Positions 23,801-36,206 of a DNA stretch of 64,000 nt are shown here, piece by piece. A model generated the notes under the pieces. It made no database searches. It had not been told where the DNA came from and saw only the letters and a list, made by a program, of their open reading frames with translations. The stretch lies in assembly GCA_004022145.1 (NCBI GenBank), contig RCNU01000008.1. The stretch is one strand, 5' to 3'. The translations under genes were made by a program, and so were the position numbers. Numbering within the stretch: the stretch's first letter is position 1; each line of letters begins with the position of its first letter. The DNA comes from Paecilomyces variotii. Taxonomy: Eukaryota.

Positions 23801-26800
23801 CGCCGCTGTCTTCAAAAAGCCGCTGAGATATCAAAAGATGGGACTGCTATGCTACACAAGAAAAGCGATATAATCCAAACCAAGTTGTCAAAGGCACATT
23901 GGTTCTGGAAATTCCAATGCTTTGTTACTACTCAGAGAGGAATCCTCGTTGCTTACCCCATTGCCATGTAGTCTAGAGGTGGCGATGCCGATGACTGCGT
24001 CGAGCGTTTCAGATCCCATCTTTGCTGGATCCAGTCATGGCACTATTATCGACCGAGAATCCAGCGTGTCAATATTCAGAGTGCGAGTGTGCAATAGCGG
24101 GCACGGAATGCCTGCAATGCCGTCAAGGATGGAGGGTGCGATGCTGGCTTTGTGTCGATCAGAATCACCAATAGCAGCATTCATGGACCGACCTGGCGAG
24201 GGTACTATTACTACCGTATATCGAGTCTGGAGGTGCGTAACGAGGATCGGATAAAATCCAGGTTGTCAAAGTCGTTTGCAAGGCTCCGATCTTCAGCGCG
24301 ACTTGCCTTACAGAGGTTAAGCATCAAAATGTTTCAGCGCATAGCCAGATGAAGCTAAGGAGGACGGGCCCTCAGCACGGTGGTATCTCTACAAGATCGC
24401 ATTGATGATATTCTATAGTCCGTACGGCGATCGCGCGTGATCTGTGTGCTAGCGCTCTGAAGAATAATACTACATTTTCCGAATTCAGCCGGATCGCGCT
24501 ACAATTCCTCGATATAATGAAAAGAAAAACCTCGAACCAACTTGAGTGAGGCTTCTTCCCGGTTTTCTCTTTTTGTTATCATTCCTTGGAATCAGTCTTC
24601 CACAAGACTCAAAGGATTGATCTCAACTTAAGCTAGGACGTTTCGACAAGTCTCAGCCACGATTCCTGAACCAGACCCCGAAACAAGGAAGAAGGAAAGA
24701 ATCGAGCTGCATTAATTCTCGTCTCATATGACTTCAACTTGTCTATTTTTGTTTCTCTCCTTCCAGCCATAGTTAGCAATTTCGCATTAGCACTTGGTTT
24801 AGTTTCCATTTTCCCCTTTGACGGTCGAAATTCGATGCATCTCAACTCCTTTCCCCCAGCGGTTCCTGGTCTACTGCCGACGCTAAACCTGTTCCTGGCC
24901 AAAAACCACGGATCGGCTTCAAACTAACGGAAAGTCGCACCGGAGGCTTTTTCTTCTTGCTCCATGGCTTGCTGCACGAACACAGTCCGAACTTCGAACC
25001 CAGATTATCTATGTATTATTATTTGGAGCCGTTGGTTCTCAAACTAATACATCAGGAGAAGATAACGTTGTGCTAGCCCCCTTTAGTCTGCTCATCATTC
25101 CTGCATACGTCGATTGGACTAAACTCTCTCACGCTCTTAAGCCAACAACATACGGAGTACAGAGTACTTAGCAGAGAGAAGACAGAACGGAGATGTTCGC
25201 AAGAACACACTCTCAGGCACATCATTTTGCCCAGCCCAACCTCTCGCCCCTTAACATTTGGCTCGTCATTGTCATCAAGATTCGAAGAAACAGATTGACC
25301 AATACTCGAACACCTTAACCCATCCAGGCCTGCGCCCGACTAGATAGTAAAATAATTGTGCTCTGCAGAGTAGGATAGCGTCGGGGATTTCTGCGCCTCG
25401 GCAACTTCGGATAGCTATGCTTTGAGCCCGGCCAAGGCTAGCATTCTTACCGTTACATATCAAACTGTATGCCAAGCCGACCGTCTATCTGGTGAAGGGA
25501 TCAGTCGGAATAATACGGTGGAAGAGTCGAGAATAAATAGGGTGTTTGGGTGCTGATGGTAGTTTGTGGTTACGTAAAACGCATTACAGTTACATGCATC
25601 TTAATGCGATTGATATACCGAGCAATTTAGGAGAGGAGAGGATTCATAGCTCTGTAATCTAGAGCAAATTACGTATATGGAATAATATTCACAATGAGGT
25701 GATAATTACAAGTAAAGGGTATGTGTTCTACCTCAGCTTAGGTGTCGTAGCAGAAGCTCTTTTTGAGACATGGAAAAAATATATGTTGGTTAAATTTACA
25801 AACTCCACCAACCCTTCTACACGTACTTTATAAATCCTGTTATTATAGCACGATTATCCAAGGACGACAGACCACGTATTATCTCTTGTAGTTAATATCA
25901 ATTCATTATCTATCCTTAACTGCTTCAGATCAAGATACACACTCGTCCTGGTCCTCTCACTCCGTATCTCAAACACTCGCAGGACTATATATATCTCTTT
26001 GAGGAGTCATCCCGGTCATATATACTTTGCATCCGTGACCACTTAGTAATCGATATCCCCACACAGAGAGAGAGAAAGAGGGGGGAGAGACTTGATTATA
26101 CTCGTCCATTGATATCGACACATCCTCATGTAGAAAGGAGTATCAAAAGGCTCCGTGATTGTCTTGGTTTCAGTGTAGTATTTGGACTTGCCATGTGCCA
26201 TTCATCCCAGTCGAGGTATCCATGATTGACCAGTACAGATGTGAAAATGCTCTTTGTATCATTGCATGTAAATTAATACTTTCCTGTAGTTCCTCGCCGA
26301 GTCTTCTGATGTAGTGATGCATTTTGTCTCGCCGATACTAAATCCTGCTTAGGAGCAACAGATACTGTGTGTCGTTCGATAACACACCCTTCGAAGTGAG
26401 TCTATGAATTAATCACCGGCCGCAAGGCAAATTCTTGAGAATCTGATAGTGATATCAGGGCTTTCATCGCCGAAATTACTACACTATGCATAAAGGGTTC
26501 ATCGGCTGCAGAGTCGGATACCATGGAGCCTTTGCCGAAGCAAAATTGTCCTCAATGTGATCCTCTTTAGGAATCGCAACTGGCATAACCCCCTGGTCAT
26601 GGAGAATAAAGTGAACCACACACGCATCCATATCCAAGACCATGAAACTGGTTGCTTATGTGGCCAGTTGGATCTCGCAACCTGCCAGTTAGGGAGTAGA
26701 GTAGTATTGAAGCAAAACCACTGGTCCTTTTTATCTACAGGCCATGAATCACAAGACTGTCCGATCCTTTACTGATGCACAGACTATTTCAGACGCCGCA

Positions 26801-27284
26801 TTCTGTATATTGATAATGCTCTACTGCCACTTTCCTGCTCCCACTATTTCCTATATAGATTAAACTAAACTATAAAAAACAATCCAAGAGAAAGTATACA
26901 AGGAGATACCAGCGCTGTACATACACCCTGAAAATGATAACATAACATACTGCACAATCAACAAAGATAAGACCAACAAAGACTACACCGCCTTGCTGTA
27001 TACTGCACTGTGAAATCAATATCATAACAAGATCTCTGGTCCTCTCCGCCTTTGAAAAAGCAGCAGAATCCAGTTATAATCACGACGCGTCCTTCCTCCT
27101 CACTTCTCTCTTCCGTGAAGAAAGACACCCGTGTCATTTTGGTGTTTTACTTGGTGAGAATCCTTTTGAAAGCGCGTTTTGTTCCTTAGTTTCGATTTGG
27201 ATCGATTTCGATACAGAGTTCTTGGTCTTCTACACTCCCCTTTTTGAGACAGATCAGGATATCACATCACGACGTGTCGAAAGG

Positions 27285-28862
27285 ATGGAGAGAGAAATCG
27301 AAGAACACAAATCTGCCCAGGAGGGATCTGTCACTGCAAAGACCCCTGATGACTCAATTACCATCCCTATTCATTCCGTTAAAGCTAAGCTCTATCTAAA
27401 CCGGCCTATCGAGGAGCTTATTCCTTCTGAATACTTGAAAAAAGCAGACGAGTCACGTAAGAATCAGACCGAAACCCCCTCTCATCCTCAGTTACATTAC
27501 CCCTGACATCTCTTATTTCTATCCCACAGCCGTCCCTGGCATCATCCCCTGGGTCTTCCGTGCTGGAAGCCAGGATGGAAGGGCTAAAGATTTGGATTTC
27601 TGGCCCGATAAGGATCCTTACTTCATGAATCTTTACAAGGCTCTGAAAGAAGCTCCTGCTTTTGAACGTTCATTCTACGAGGCTGGTAGTGAGTATGACG
27701 AGGAACAAATTCCCGAAGAGGAGTTCTACATGCAGGGGTCTGCTATGCATGAATATCTCGAAGAGCTTTTCGACATGTTGTTGGGAAAGGATAGGGAGAC
27801 AGCCAAGACATTGTTGTGTCATCTGAGGTGAGTATTAAATAGCCTGCCTAGCTAGCTAGATTCTTTTCCATACATTTACTGTTCTTCGGGTCCATACTAT
27901 GTTGTTATTCGATGAGAAGCTTGTTGCTAATGTCCCTAACAGCCACAAACGTTGCATCTCCGCAGACATGGCCTACCTAACCGGCTACCAGGACAGGCAC
28001 TACGACGCTCCTACTCCGAGCGGTTTCATTGCCTTGCAAATGAACCACAGGCCTAAACGCTCGCCTCACTATATCGTTCCTATCTCCATCGTATGTAGCC
28101 TTCCCCCCTCCCCCTAACTGATCGAATAACGCTTCAAAACACAGCACACGACTAACAATATGACCTATTCTGACATGGAAAAAAAAATAGACCCAAGACC
28201 CCGAACCTATCCTCTCCGCTATATCCGGAAAGCTCAAAATGATGCTGACCCAGCTGTACCTCAACCTCAAGGCTCATAGAAACTGCAAAGCCGATCAACT
28301 GCCTGATCAGGAAGTGTTTCTTCTCGGCATGCACGGATCCCGTCTTCATATCTTCCGTGCTTTATTCCCCGGCATCAAGTCCTCTGTCGTCTGGTGCGGG
28401 AGAAGTTCTGGAAAAGTCCTCACTGAAGCTGGCACATCTACTGCCCAGACATCCACTGGGTCCGCTAGCACGGGAACTGACCTTGATGGTGAACCTGATC
28501 TACGCACGTTCCGTGTGGTAGCTACGCATGAATATGATCTTTGGGACCGATCTGATTTCCACGCTGCGACTAGGGCACTCGTCGCGCTGTTCATGTATAT
28601 GCTGAGCAGTGAAGCTAAGATCGGGCCTATTGAGGCGATGTTTGAGCTTTTCCCGCCGCGGTTGAATGTACGTGCGGAGAAGACCGGGGAGAAGAAGGAG
28701 GAAGCGATCGCAGAACAGGTGTGTGAGGAATACAATGAAGAAACGGAGGATGAAGCGGAGAGCGCGGAGCAATTGCAGCACGGAGGCTGGTGGGGGCTTG
28801 GGGATGGATACGGGGATTTCGATCTGTTTGCAGACTATGGGGATGAAAGCGCTAGTTTGTAG
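27285..28862 (+). CDS. Uncharacterised protein, four exons, acidic C-terminus
   Basis: ORF pieces join in frame through GT-AG introns (donors at about 27457, 27828 and 28091; last acceptor 28190): MEREIEEHK...DFWPDKDPYF...SHKRCISAD...TQDPEPILSAISGKLKMMLTQLY...DQEVFLLGMHGSRLHIFRALFPG...THEYDLW. Confidence 0.7.
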
Positions 28863-28887
28863 TGGGTTGGGCGTTCAATTTCGTATC

Positions 28888-28996
28888 ATATGGCGTGGGG
28901 GAGCACCAGGAGATCGTTAAGATACCCTTTTTCAAATGGTCAATATGGCGTCGGGGTGGACCCTGAGATCGTTTAGATACTCTCTTCAATGGTTCA
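28888..28996. repeat. Two imperfect tandem copies of a 55-bp unit
   Basis: atatggcgtgggggagcaccaggagatcgttaagatacccttt..caaatggtca (28888) followed by atatggcgtcggggtggaccctgagatcgtttagatactctcttcaatggttca (28943). Confidence 0.8.
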
Positions 28997-29256
28997 TGCG
29001 GGTTTGTTTCCAGGTTTTACACTTCTTTATCTTAATAATGAGTTGCATATGAAAGAAAAAACATAATAGCATGTCATATATGGTGTCTGAAAGGTACAAA
29101 GTAGTGGAGTTGTTCCAGAGGGGAGAAGTCTCCGTAGATAAAGCATGGTCCTAACGAATGGTATAGAGCGCCAACTCCCGTTTACTCGATCCTAGCATCT
29201 GCAACGCCCTAACAAGATAAACCTTCTATTATTGCATATGGCCAGCAGCGTCCCAT

Positions 29257-31944
29257 CTATTCCCTCCGACGTCTCTCGGCCTCGAACTCTGTAAATCCCT
29301 CGGGTCCTCTGCCGTCCGAACCGCCAGTGCGGAAATACTCACTGACGACACCAATTGCATAGCAGACTGCTGCTGTTGCAGTGCCAGTCAGAAGTACTCT
29401 ACGTGATGTCTTGCGCAGAAAAGACTCTTCCTTGGCTTCTTGTCTGTCTTCTGCGGTCGGTTCAACCGGTGGAGGAGGAGAGTTTAGAGGGCCGCCGGAG
29501 AACACAGTTTCTTGCCGGTGGACCATCCTAGGGGAGGACGAAGAAGTTGAAGTCGAGCTGAACTTTGAAGTCTGTCCACTTTTCTGAGATTCGACTGCTG
29601 TGTCCTCTGAACTGGACACCATAGAAGCATCATCCGACGCACTAGCTGCTGTTCCAGCCTCCCGAACCTTCCCAAAGACAAGAATATCTCCTCCACCAGA
29701 GACGATCTCGTAACCATCAGCTTGCATTGCAGCAAAGTGAGGAAGGAACTTTGCCGGGTTATTCAGCCGCGGTAGCACCTCCGCGGGGTGCAAAGTCTCA
29801 TTAATCGAATATAACGTCGAACTCGTCTCCGCAGATGAGACAGAGAGGGTAGACGGATCATAAGCCAGTACACGATAAGTGGTGGAGGATGTTGAAACCG
29901 AGCTTGAAGGCAATGGTTCAGCAGTGCTTGGCTGAGTTGCAGGTTTATGTTCAATGTGCCCAAGTGTTTCTGTGATCTGTTTCATTAAGGCATCTCTCGA
30001 TTCATTGAACCTCTTCGTATCTCTCAACAGATCGTCCAGCTGGCTCGAGTGGCGCGAATCTTTCGCATCTCGCTCTTCCTGAGTAGAAGAAACGGTGACA
30101 ATCTTCATATCGGGGTGTTTCGGACTTGCCCTAGTCAGATCCTCCGTTATGGAGCTTGGTGCGACTGTCCGAGGTGTCTGGTTCTCTAACGTAGAGGTTG
30201 GTTGGTAATGATCCACCGTTATCTTGCCGTATGCATCTTCGTAGGCATGTTGAATATCCCGAACCACTTGTTCCTCGCTATCGATTTCTTTTGACAAAAC
30301 AGGGACATCGCGAACCGCAGATTCCGGAAGATCCTTCTGTTCTGACGTACTATTCTCTGCTTGGGGGATTAGCGGCTGTGTAGCTGTATTCTGCGGGACT
30401 TGGCTCGATGCTTCGTAGTCCTGCACTCTGCTCCTGAGCTCCTTCGCATCTATATCGGCAGCAGGATCTCTATATGACTCGTAGTCCTCCTCGAGCACTT
30501 CACGATTGCGCTGCTTTTCTGACTCGAGTTCATATTTCGTTTTCTTCGAGTACAAAGGAGCACGAATATCAGTCGGGCGCAGAAGATCGACGTCATCTGT
30601 CTTGACCTCTTCGACATTGTATATTTTCTGGTGCGATTGGTTTGGAGATGCAGACTCCGCTGCCGTCTTTGAGTCATTGGGAAAACCTATGTTTGCAGTC
30701 TCGCTGGCTCCAGGAGATGATTGCCCATCCACCCGAGTCGCTTCCTCGGCGTGATCAGCACCTTGCGGATCTTTAACTGTTCCAGCGAACGGCTCGTCAT
30801 GTGCGGCTTGCGTGACATTTTCATCTTTTTCCAAAGTCGCAGGAGAATTCAATGATGATTTTTCCTGCTCATTCGGAGCGGTCATGTAGAAGACATTGTT
30901 TCCACTGCTTTGTCCCGCATCGGCTTCATTTGCCTGACCCTTGACTTCTGCATCCTTGTCAGACCTCAGGCTTGCAGCAGTGTTATTTGGGATAATCGAC
31001 GAGTCACCGTCCTGCTGCTTGTGGCCAAACTGGGCCCGATAAGACTTGAATGTCTTGACAGGTACATGTGTGTCCTTGTCGTCCCCCTCGCCATTTTGAG
31101 TCGACGGTTCCGGACCAGAATTTACTGGCACCATCCTCCCGCTAATAGGATCGAACTGAAATGCCGGCTCTGCTGGGGAAGCTGCTTGGGTATCTGTCTG
31201 CTCCTTCCGCTGTTTCTCAAAAGCTTCGGAAGAACTTGTACTCGAGCCCGCACCATTCTTCCTAACCTCACTATCATGCAGACGAGATTCCGCATCAACA
31301 ACCTTCGATGTCGCATTTGCACTCGTCCGCTCGACCTTCTGCGTCTCATCGCCTAATCCCAAAAAGTTACGACAGAATGTCGACCACGGACCATGATGCC
31401 CCACGGGCTCTGGCCTCCTCCCAAAGACAGCCGCAAAGGGATCATCCTCGATCTCTTTCTTAATCCGTTCCATCTCTTGCTCAAACCGTTCTTTTTCCTT
31501 CTCCCACCAATCCTGGCTGCTCTGGCCCCTAGAACCATCTTTCGAGGCCCTTCCGGATCCATTATTTCCACCAAAATCACTGCCTGATCGACGTGATGTA
31601 TACCCTCGCCATCCCCATCCCCACCAAGGCTGTATCCAACTCGACCATCTGTACTGCTCGTCTAGAAATGCTTGACGACGCAGCGCACGTGCTCGTTTAG
31701 ACATATAATTCCGCCGTTGCTTCTCCATCTCTTGCATAATCCGCGCACTGCTGCCATGACTGCTTCGACAAGACCGCCAGAAGGCACGGCATTGGCACGA
31801 TGGACCGATGGACCGTTCCGATACGGAGTATGAATAGGTCAGGGGTAGGGAGTTCGTAACGACAATCCGTCTGGCGTATAGATTCGATTTCCTTAAGCTG
31901 TTTACAGCTCTCGGGTTCGATGATACGATCGTAGAGAGGCCCAT
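29257..31944 (-). CDS. Conserved-type Ser/Thr-rich low-complexity protein with C-terminal TM segment, possibly mitochondrial
   Basis: 895-aa uninterrupted ORF with a basic N-terminus, motifs IEDDPFAAVFGRR, FQFDPISGRMVP, YRVLAYDP and RLNNPAKFLPHFAAMQADGYEIVSGGGDILVF, and a C-terminal hydrophobic stretch ending YAIGVVSEYFRTGG. Confidence 0.85.
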   Translation of the reverse strand: MGLSTIVSSNPRAVNSLRKSNLYARRIVVTNSLPLTYSYSVSERSIGPSCQCRAFWRSCRSSHGSSARIMQEMEKQRRNYMSKRARALRRQAFLDEQYRWSSWIQPWWGWGWRGYTSRRSGSDFGGNNGSGRASKDGSRGQSSQDWWEKEKERFEQEMERIKKEIEDDPFAAVFGRRPEPVGHHGPWSTFCRNFLGLGDETQKVERTSANATSKVVDAESRLHDSEVRKNGAGSSTSSSEAFEKQRKEQTDTQAASPAEPAFQFDPISGRMVPVNSGPEPSTQNGEGDDKDTHVPVKTFKSYRAQFGHKQQDGDSSIIPNNTAASLRSDKDAEVKGQANEADAGQSSGNNVFYMTAPNEQEKSSLNSPATLEKDENVTQAAHDEPFAGTVKDPQGADHAEEATRVDGQSSPGASETANIGFPNDSKTAAESASPNQSHQKIYNVEEVKTDDVDLLRPTDIRAPLYSKKTKYELESEKQRNREVLEEDYESYRDPAADIDAKELRSRVQDYEASSQVPQNTATQPLIPQAENSTSEQKDLPESAVRDVPVLSKEIDSEEQVVRDIQHAYEDAYGKITVDHYQPTSTLENQTPRTVAPSSITEDLTRASPKHPDMKIVTVSSTQEERDAKDSRHSSQLDDLLRDTKRFNESRDALMKQITETLGHIEHKPATQPSTAEPLPSSSVSTSSTTYRVLAYDPSTLSVSSAETSSTLYSINETLHPAEVLPRLNNPAKFLPHFAAMQADGYEIVSGGGDILVFGKVREAGTAASASDDASMVSSSEDTAVESQKSGQTSKFSSTSTSSSSPRMVHRQETVFSGGPLNSPPPPVEPTAEDRQEAKEESFLRKTSRRVLLTGTATAAVCYAIGVVSEYFRTGGSDGRGPEGFTEFEAERRRRE

Positions 31945-32772
31945 TGCGATGGTTGAGCTGTCGGGTGCGGGGATCGCTGAAGCTGCAAGTCGGATAACAA
32001 GCTGTTATCACCCAAGCGGTGTTGCGTTGTTCATCAAATGGATATCCTGCGAGGGCACCGCTGCTCGTGATATATCCTGCCTGGTAATTATTGAATATCA
32101 CTGCTTGATTCGCATTGGCTGGATTGATGAAATGGTAAACAGATAGTTGTGGTCTCAATTCATATTTCTCTGTTCCGGAGAGATAAGCTGCCTTATCTGC
32201 CGGAGCTCGGTCGCGTGCGATGCTTCCAGATGAGGCTTCAGAACAGACTGCAGATGCTGCCTCAAGAAATGAGACACTACAGTCGATATGAGAATAGCGA
32301 AAAGTCTTTCATCAATGATCTGACTTGTGATGGCGTAATCCGGGTGATGGAGCTTGGGATGTCAAGCTGAGCGTTGAACTCATGGTGGGGTCATGCTCGG
32401 GTTTCAATGAGACAACCTCCGACGCTCCGATCTTATATACTTAGCCTTTTTACATTCTTGTCTTGCCATCGAGCCAGATGCTGTTCCTTCAGTATATGCA
32501 TGTTTTCTGGTACTTACTGACAGACATGAACTTATGAGTTATAGAAGAATTCTTTGAAATTCAGATTTCATTGATAAAAGAACGTAATGTATTGAAACCA
32601 GACAGTGTCACATCAAGTGAATTCATAACCCTCCGTTCATGATGATAAAAAAACTATATATGAAGAATAAATGCGATCTGACCCAGTCAAGATCCAACGA
32701 AAAGATATATCATTTTTTAGTTCGTTTTCCCTCTCCAAAATGTCTGCTTTCCTTTTTTGTTTGCTATGTCGC

Positions 32773-34418
32773 TCAGGCTTTTCCAAGTCCAACAAGGACA
32801 AGGAGTGCAACATTCATGATAGCGATCACAAGCCAGATAAGGACAGCGAGAGTGGCAGTGTACCAGCTATTCCTCATGGGAATACCCAGGATCTCCATAC
32901 TCTCGTTCTCACTGTCACTCTCAACTGCCGTCCTTGTTGTGCCGCCCTTGACGGTCATGAACTTGTTAAAGCACGTAAAGTAGACCAGTGGAGCAGAGAC
33001 AAATGGTAGGATGACACTCAGTGTCACCTGGGAGGCGTTGAGGGCTGCACTTAAACCGCTCTTGCCTATGGCAGCAGCGATGATGATACTAGGAACAATG
33101 CTGATGCATCGCGTCACCAGTCGTCGGATCCATGGCTTCACGCTCCAGTTAATCATTCCTTCACTGACCATCTGTCCAGCAATTGTAGCCACAATACCAG
33201 CAGACAATCCAGAGAGCAGCAAAGCCAAGGCGAAGACTGTGCCCGCGGCAGGGGCAATGGATGAAGATAGCAGCTTGTAGATGCCGAAGAGATCAGCGTC
33301 AGAAGCACCATCGGTACCAAAGAGAGAAGCCCCTGCCACGATAAGAATTGAGCTGTTGACGAACAGGGCAAACGTGAAGAGAGAGATGGCGAGCTCAGCA
33401 ATTAAATATTTCATGCAGCTGCGGATAGCCTCGATGGATGGGCGGTAGTCAGTCTCCGCTGGCTGGATATTGCCCTTTGCTTCGTCGAACTCCTTCAGAC
33501 GTGGCTGAACCACTCCACTTCCGAGGAAGAGGGAATGGGGCATGACAGTTGCACCGAGGATGCCGCAGCTCTGATAGAGTCTGAGGGAAATTTAGCAAGT
33601 TTTCAGACAAAACACTCGAACGGTTCAACTTACCCATCACCCTTAACCACTGCAGACGACGGAAGATACCCACGGAAGACTTCCCCGACAGACTGGTTGC
33701 GGATAAGCGAGAGCTGAATGCAGAAGCAGATCACAACTGCCAGCACTAGACCCATGACGAAATATTCGAATACCCGGAGTCCGTTCATGTTCCCATGAGG
33801 GCGGTAGAATAGCAGGAGAAACAGCACGTCAACTAGCGTAATAGCGCATCCAGCAACAAGAGGAATATTGGCGAGCAGATTGAGCGCGATTGCGGAACCA
33901 ATGACCTATTGCTCGTTAGGAGATAGCTATAAAATAGACCGTGAACATTATAGTATATTTACCTCTGCAATATCCGTTGCAATAATAGCCGCCTCGGCAA
34001 GAACGTATAGAGGAATCACCATCCACTTTGGCAGATGAGCTCTACAGTTTTCTGCCAGATCCATTCCAGTCACGCTGCCGAGCTTGATGCACAGTGACTG
34101 TAGGAAAATAGCAAACATATTCGACATGATAACCACAAACAGCAGAGCGTATTTGTTGCTGGCACCGGCAGACACATCGGTCGAGTAGTTACCGGGATCG
34201 ATATACGCGACTGCAACCAGAAATCCTGGGCCAATAAAGGAACCGAATTTTTTGATCACAAGAAATGCCTTGATTGCAGAGTCGTTGGCCTTAGACCTGA
34301 GCAAGGGAAGATTTGAATTTAACGACGAGGCCGCCGAACTGATGGAAGAGATTGAAAGGGAGGTCTTGTGCATCTTGAACAGGCCTGGCCGCTTGGGTTC
34401 CTGGGTGTTCGACTCCAT
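32773..34418 (-). CDS. NRAMP-family divalent metal (Mn/Fe) transporter, Smf1/Smf2-like
   Basis: [54 protein letters not shown] and TIAGQMVSEG; two GT-AG introns. Confidence 0.93.
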
Positions 34419-36206
34419 TCTTGCGAGAGATAAAAGAAATAATAACAATAATAATGATAATAATTCAAAAAAATCGTAACTACTATAGTTTCAAGAGACC
34501 TGCTCTCGCCCAAGAAATAAAAATAAAGCAAAAAGAAAAAGAAAACAGATTGATAAAGAGGAAACTCCAGCTCCCTGGGGTCTGAAGCATGTTTCTTTCC
34601 TGGATGGATCTCCATACCTCTTATATAGATCCCACTCTCTCTCCCTGGCCCCGGGGCTCCCTGTTCAGATAGAGGGGCCCGGAGAATGGACTGTTTCCAA
34701 CAAGCAACTCATGCTGAATCAATCAACAAGAACCCAGGTCATAGTAAGAGACAGTAACGTGGGTCAGACTGCCAAGGCTGAAGGTAAATACATTTCATGT
34801 AGCAACATTAAGACCGGGGAACTAAGGAGTCGGCGTTTCTGATACAGGCTGATGCCAGACTACCTGACAGCAAGGCGAGAGATCTCCGTTGAAATGCAAT
34901 TGCAGTTCAAAATTTGGACGGTACCAGTAGGATCAACACTCAGTCATCGAATATGACCTTCCGTGCTTTGGCAATCCCATAAGTTTGCATCCCCGAAAAG
35001 GACTATACCATGGCAAGGTCCGGTGCAGAAGCTATGAAATCTGCTGGACGTCGCATAATGGAGGCGACACGGGATCGACGGTTGTGGCGCGAACTGCGAA
35101 GATCATTCTGATTTCGTTGCGCGGCGAGTGGAGTAGGTTCTCCCAGCTGGTCAGTGGGTTCGATAAGGAGACATCTCCGCAATCAGTGCGCATTGCTGCC
35201 ATTGGGCCTAGGAATTATGCTTACTATAGGAACATGGGGAAGTGATGTGCAAGCTAGACAGGGAAAACCCATGGTGGCCGGGACTGCGTCGGAAGGAGAG
35301 CTTCGACTCAACTACCATAACTTATAAGAGATGGGATTGACACTTCAGGTGGAGCGGATAGTGATCCCAGTCCGACGACGATGAGCTTTGTCCATGCACA
35401 TAATCGATCTCGCCTCCGTACATTAGAAACAACCCGCGAGCTGTCATCTAGAATGCAGAAGGCTCTTTCTGAGTATCAACAAAACAACATCTTGCCAAGG
35501 GTGATCAACAATCCATGACAAACGCTTAGCCAACTTGGGACATATCGCTCGTGCTCCTGTTTCAACAGTGTCTGGTATCGCCTTCTTTAGTCAGCTCTCG
35601 TAATCTTGATTCCGGGCTGGGCTAAAGAAGATGGTTCGGGGCTCGGGGAGGAAGTAAGTAATCGGCACATTTCTGACCCCATACGAGGCCGCTTGTGGCA
35701 GTAGACGAACTGCAATTTGCTATCCTGCCAAGACACCGTTGTTCCATATTCCAACTTCTTGTACGCGGCCCAACAGGAACGTTTAGTTACCGAGACACGG
35801 TCATCAACGACCTTGAAACCAACAATTGATTGCTTTTTAATAGCAATGAGATGAAATTGCAAGATGCGGAGCTCTCCTGCATTGTCCTCGCCCGGTCTTT
35901 GTTTCACAGCGAATGGAGATTCCGAGTGGAGGCGTACTCCGTACATGTAGCTACCTTCATTGCGTAAGTCAAGACGACGAGTTTCGGGTCGATAATACTT
36001 TGTCCAACGAAACTTTGGGATTCTTTTTTGTCGGGAGAATATGGGATGCTACTCTGCATAGTTCGAGACAGATGGGAGACAACAGTAGCATTATCATCAC
36101 TATCTAGCCCTGTTGTCCTTATTACGCTTAGCTATGGCAGATGACCAGAGAAACATGCAGACCAGACCCCATGATGTCCACGGTCTACCTAGAGGATCGT
36201 GCCAGG

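Noticed and set aside
23006..24352. Several 90-150 aa ORFs on both strands in the msbA upstream region
   Set aside because: Mutually overlapping, with no domain motifs or consistent splice model.
28145..28190. Apparent frameshift at the A9 run in the uncharacterised gene
   Set aside because: Using the acceptor at 28190 (ctgac...atag) keeps the frame, so the run is intronic.
35271..35318. Imperfect hairpin ATGGTGG...GTCGGA...TTCGAC...CTACCAT with a TTCGA core
   Set aside because: Does not form a tRNA cloverleaf, and the pairing is short and G-U rich, within chance expectation.
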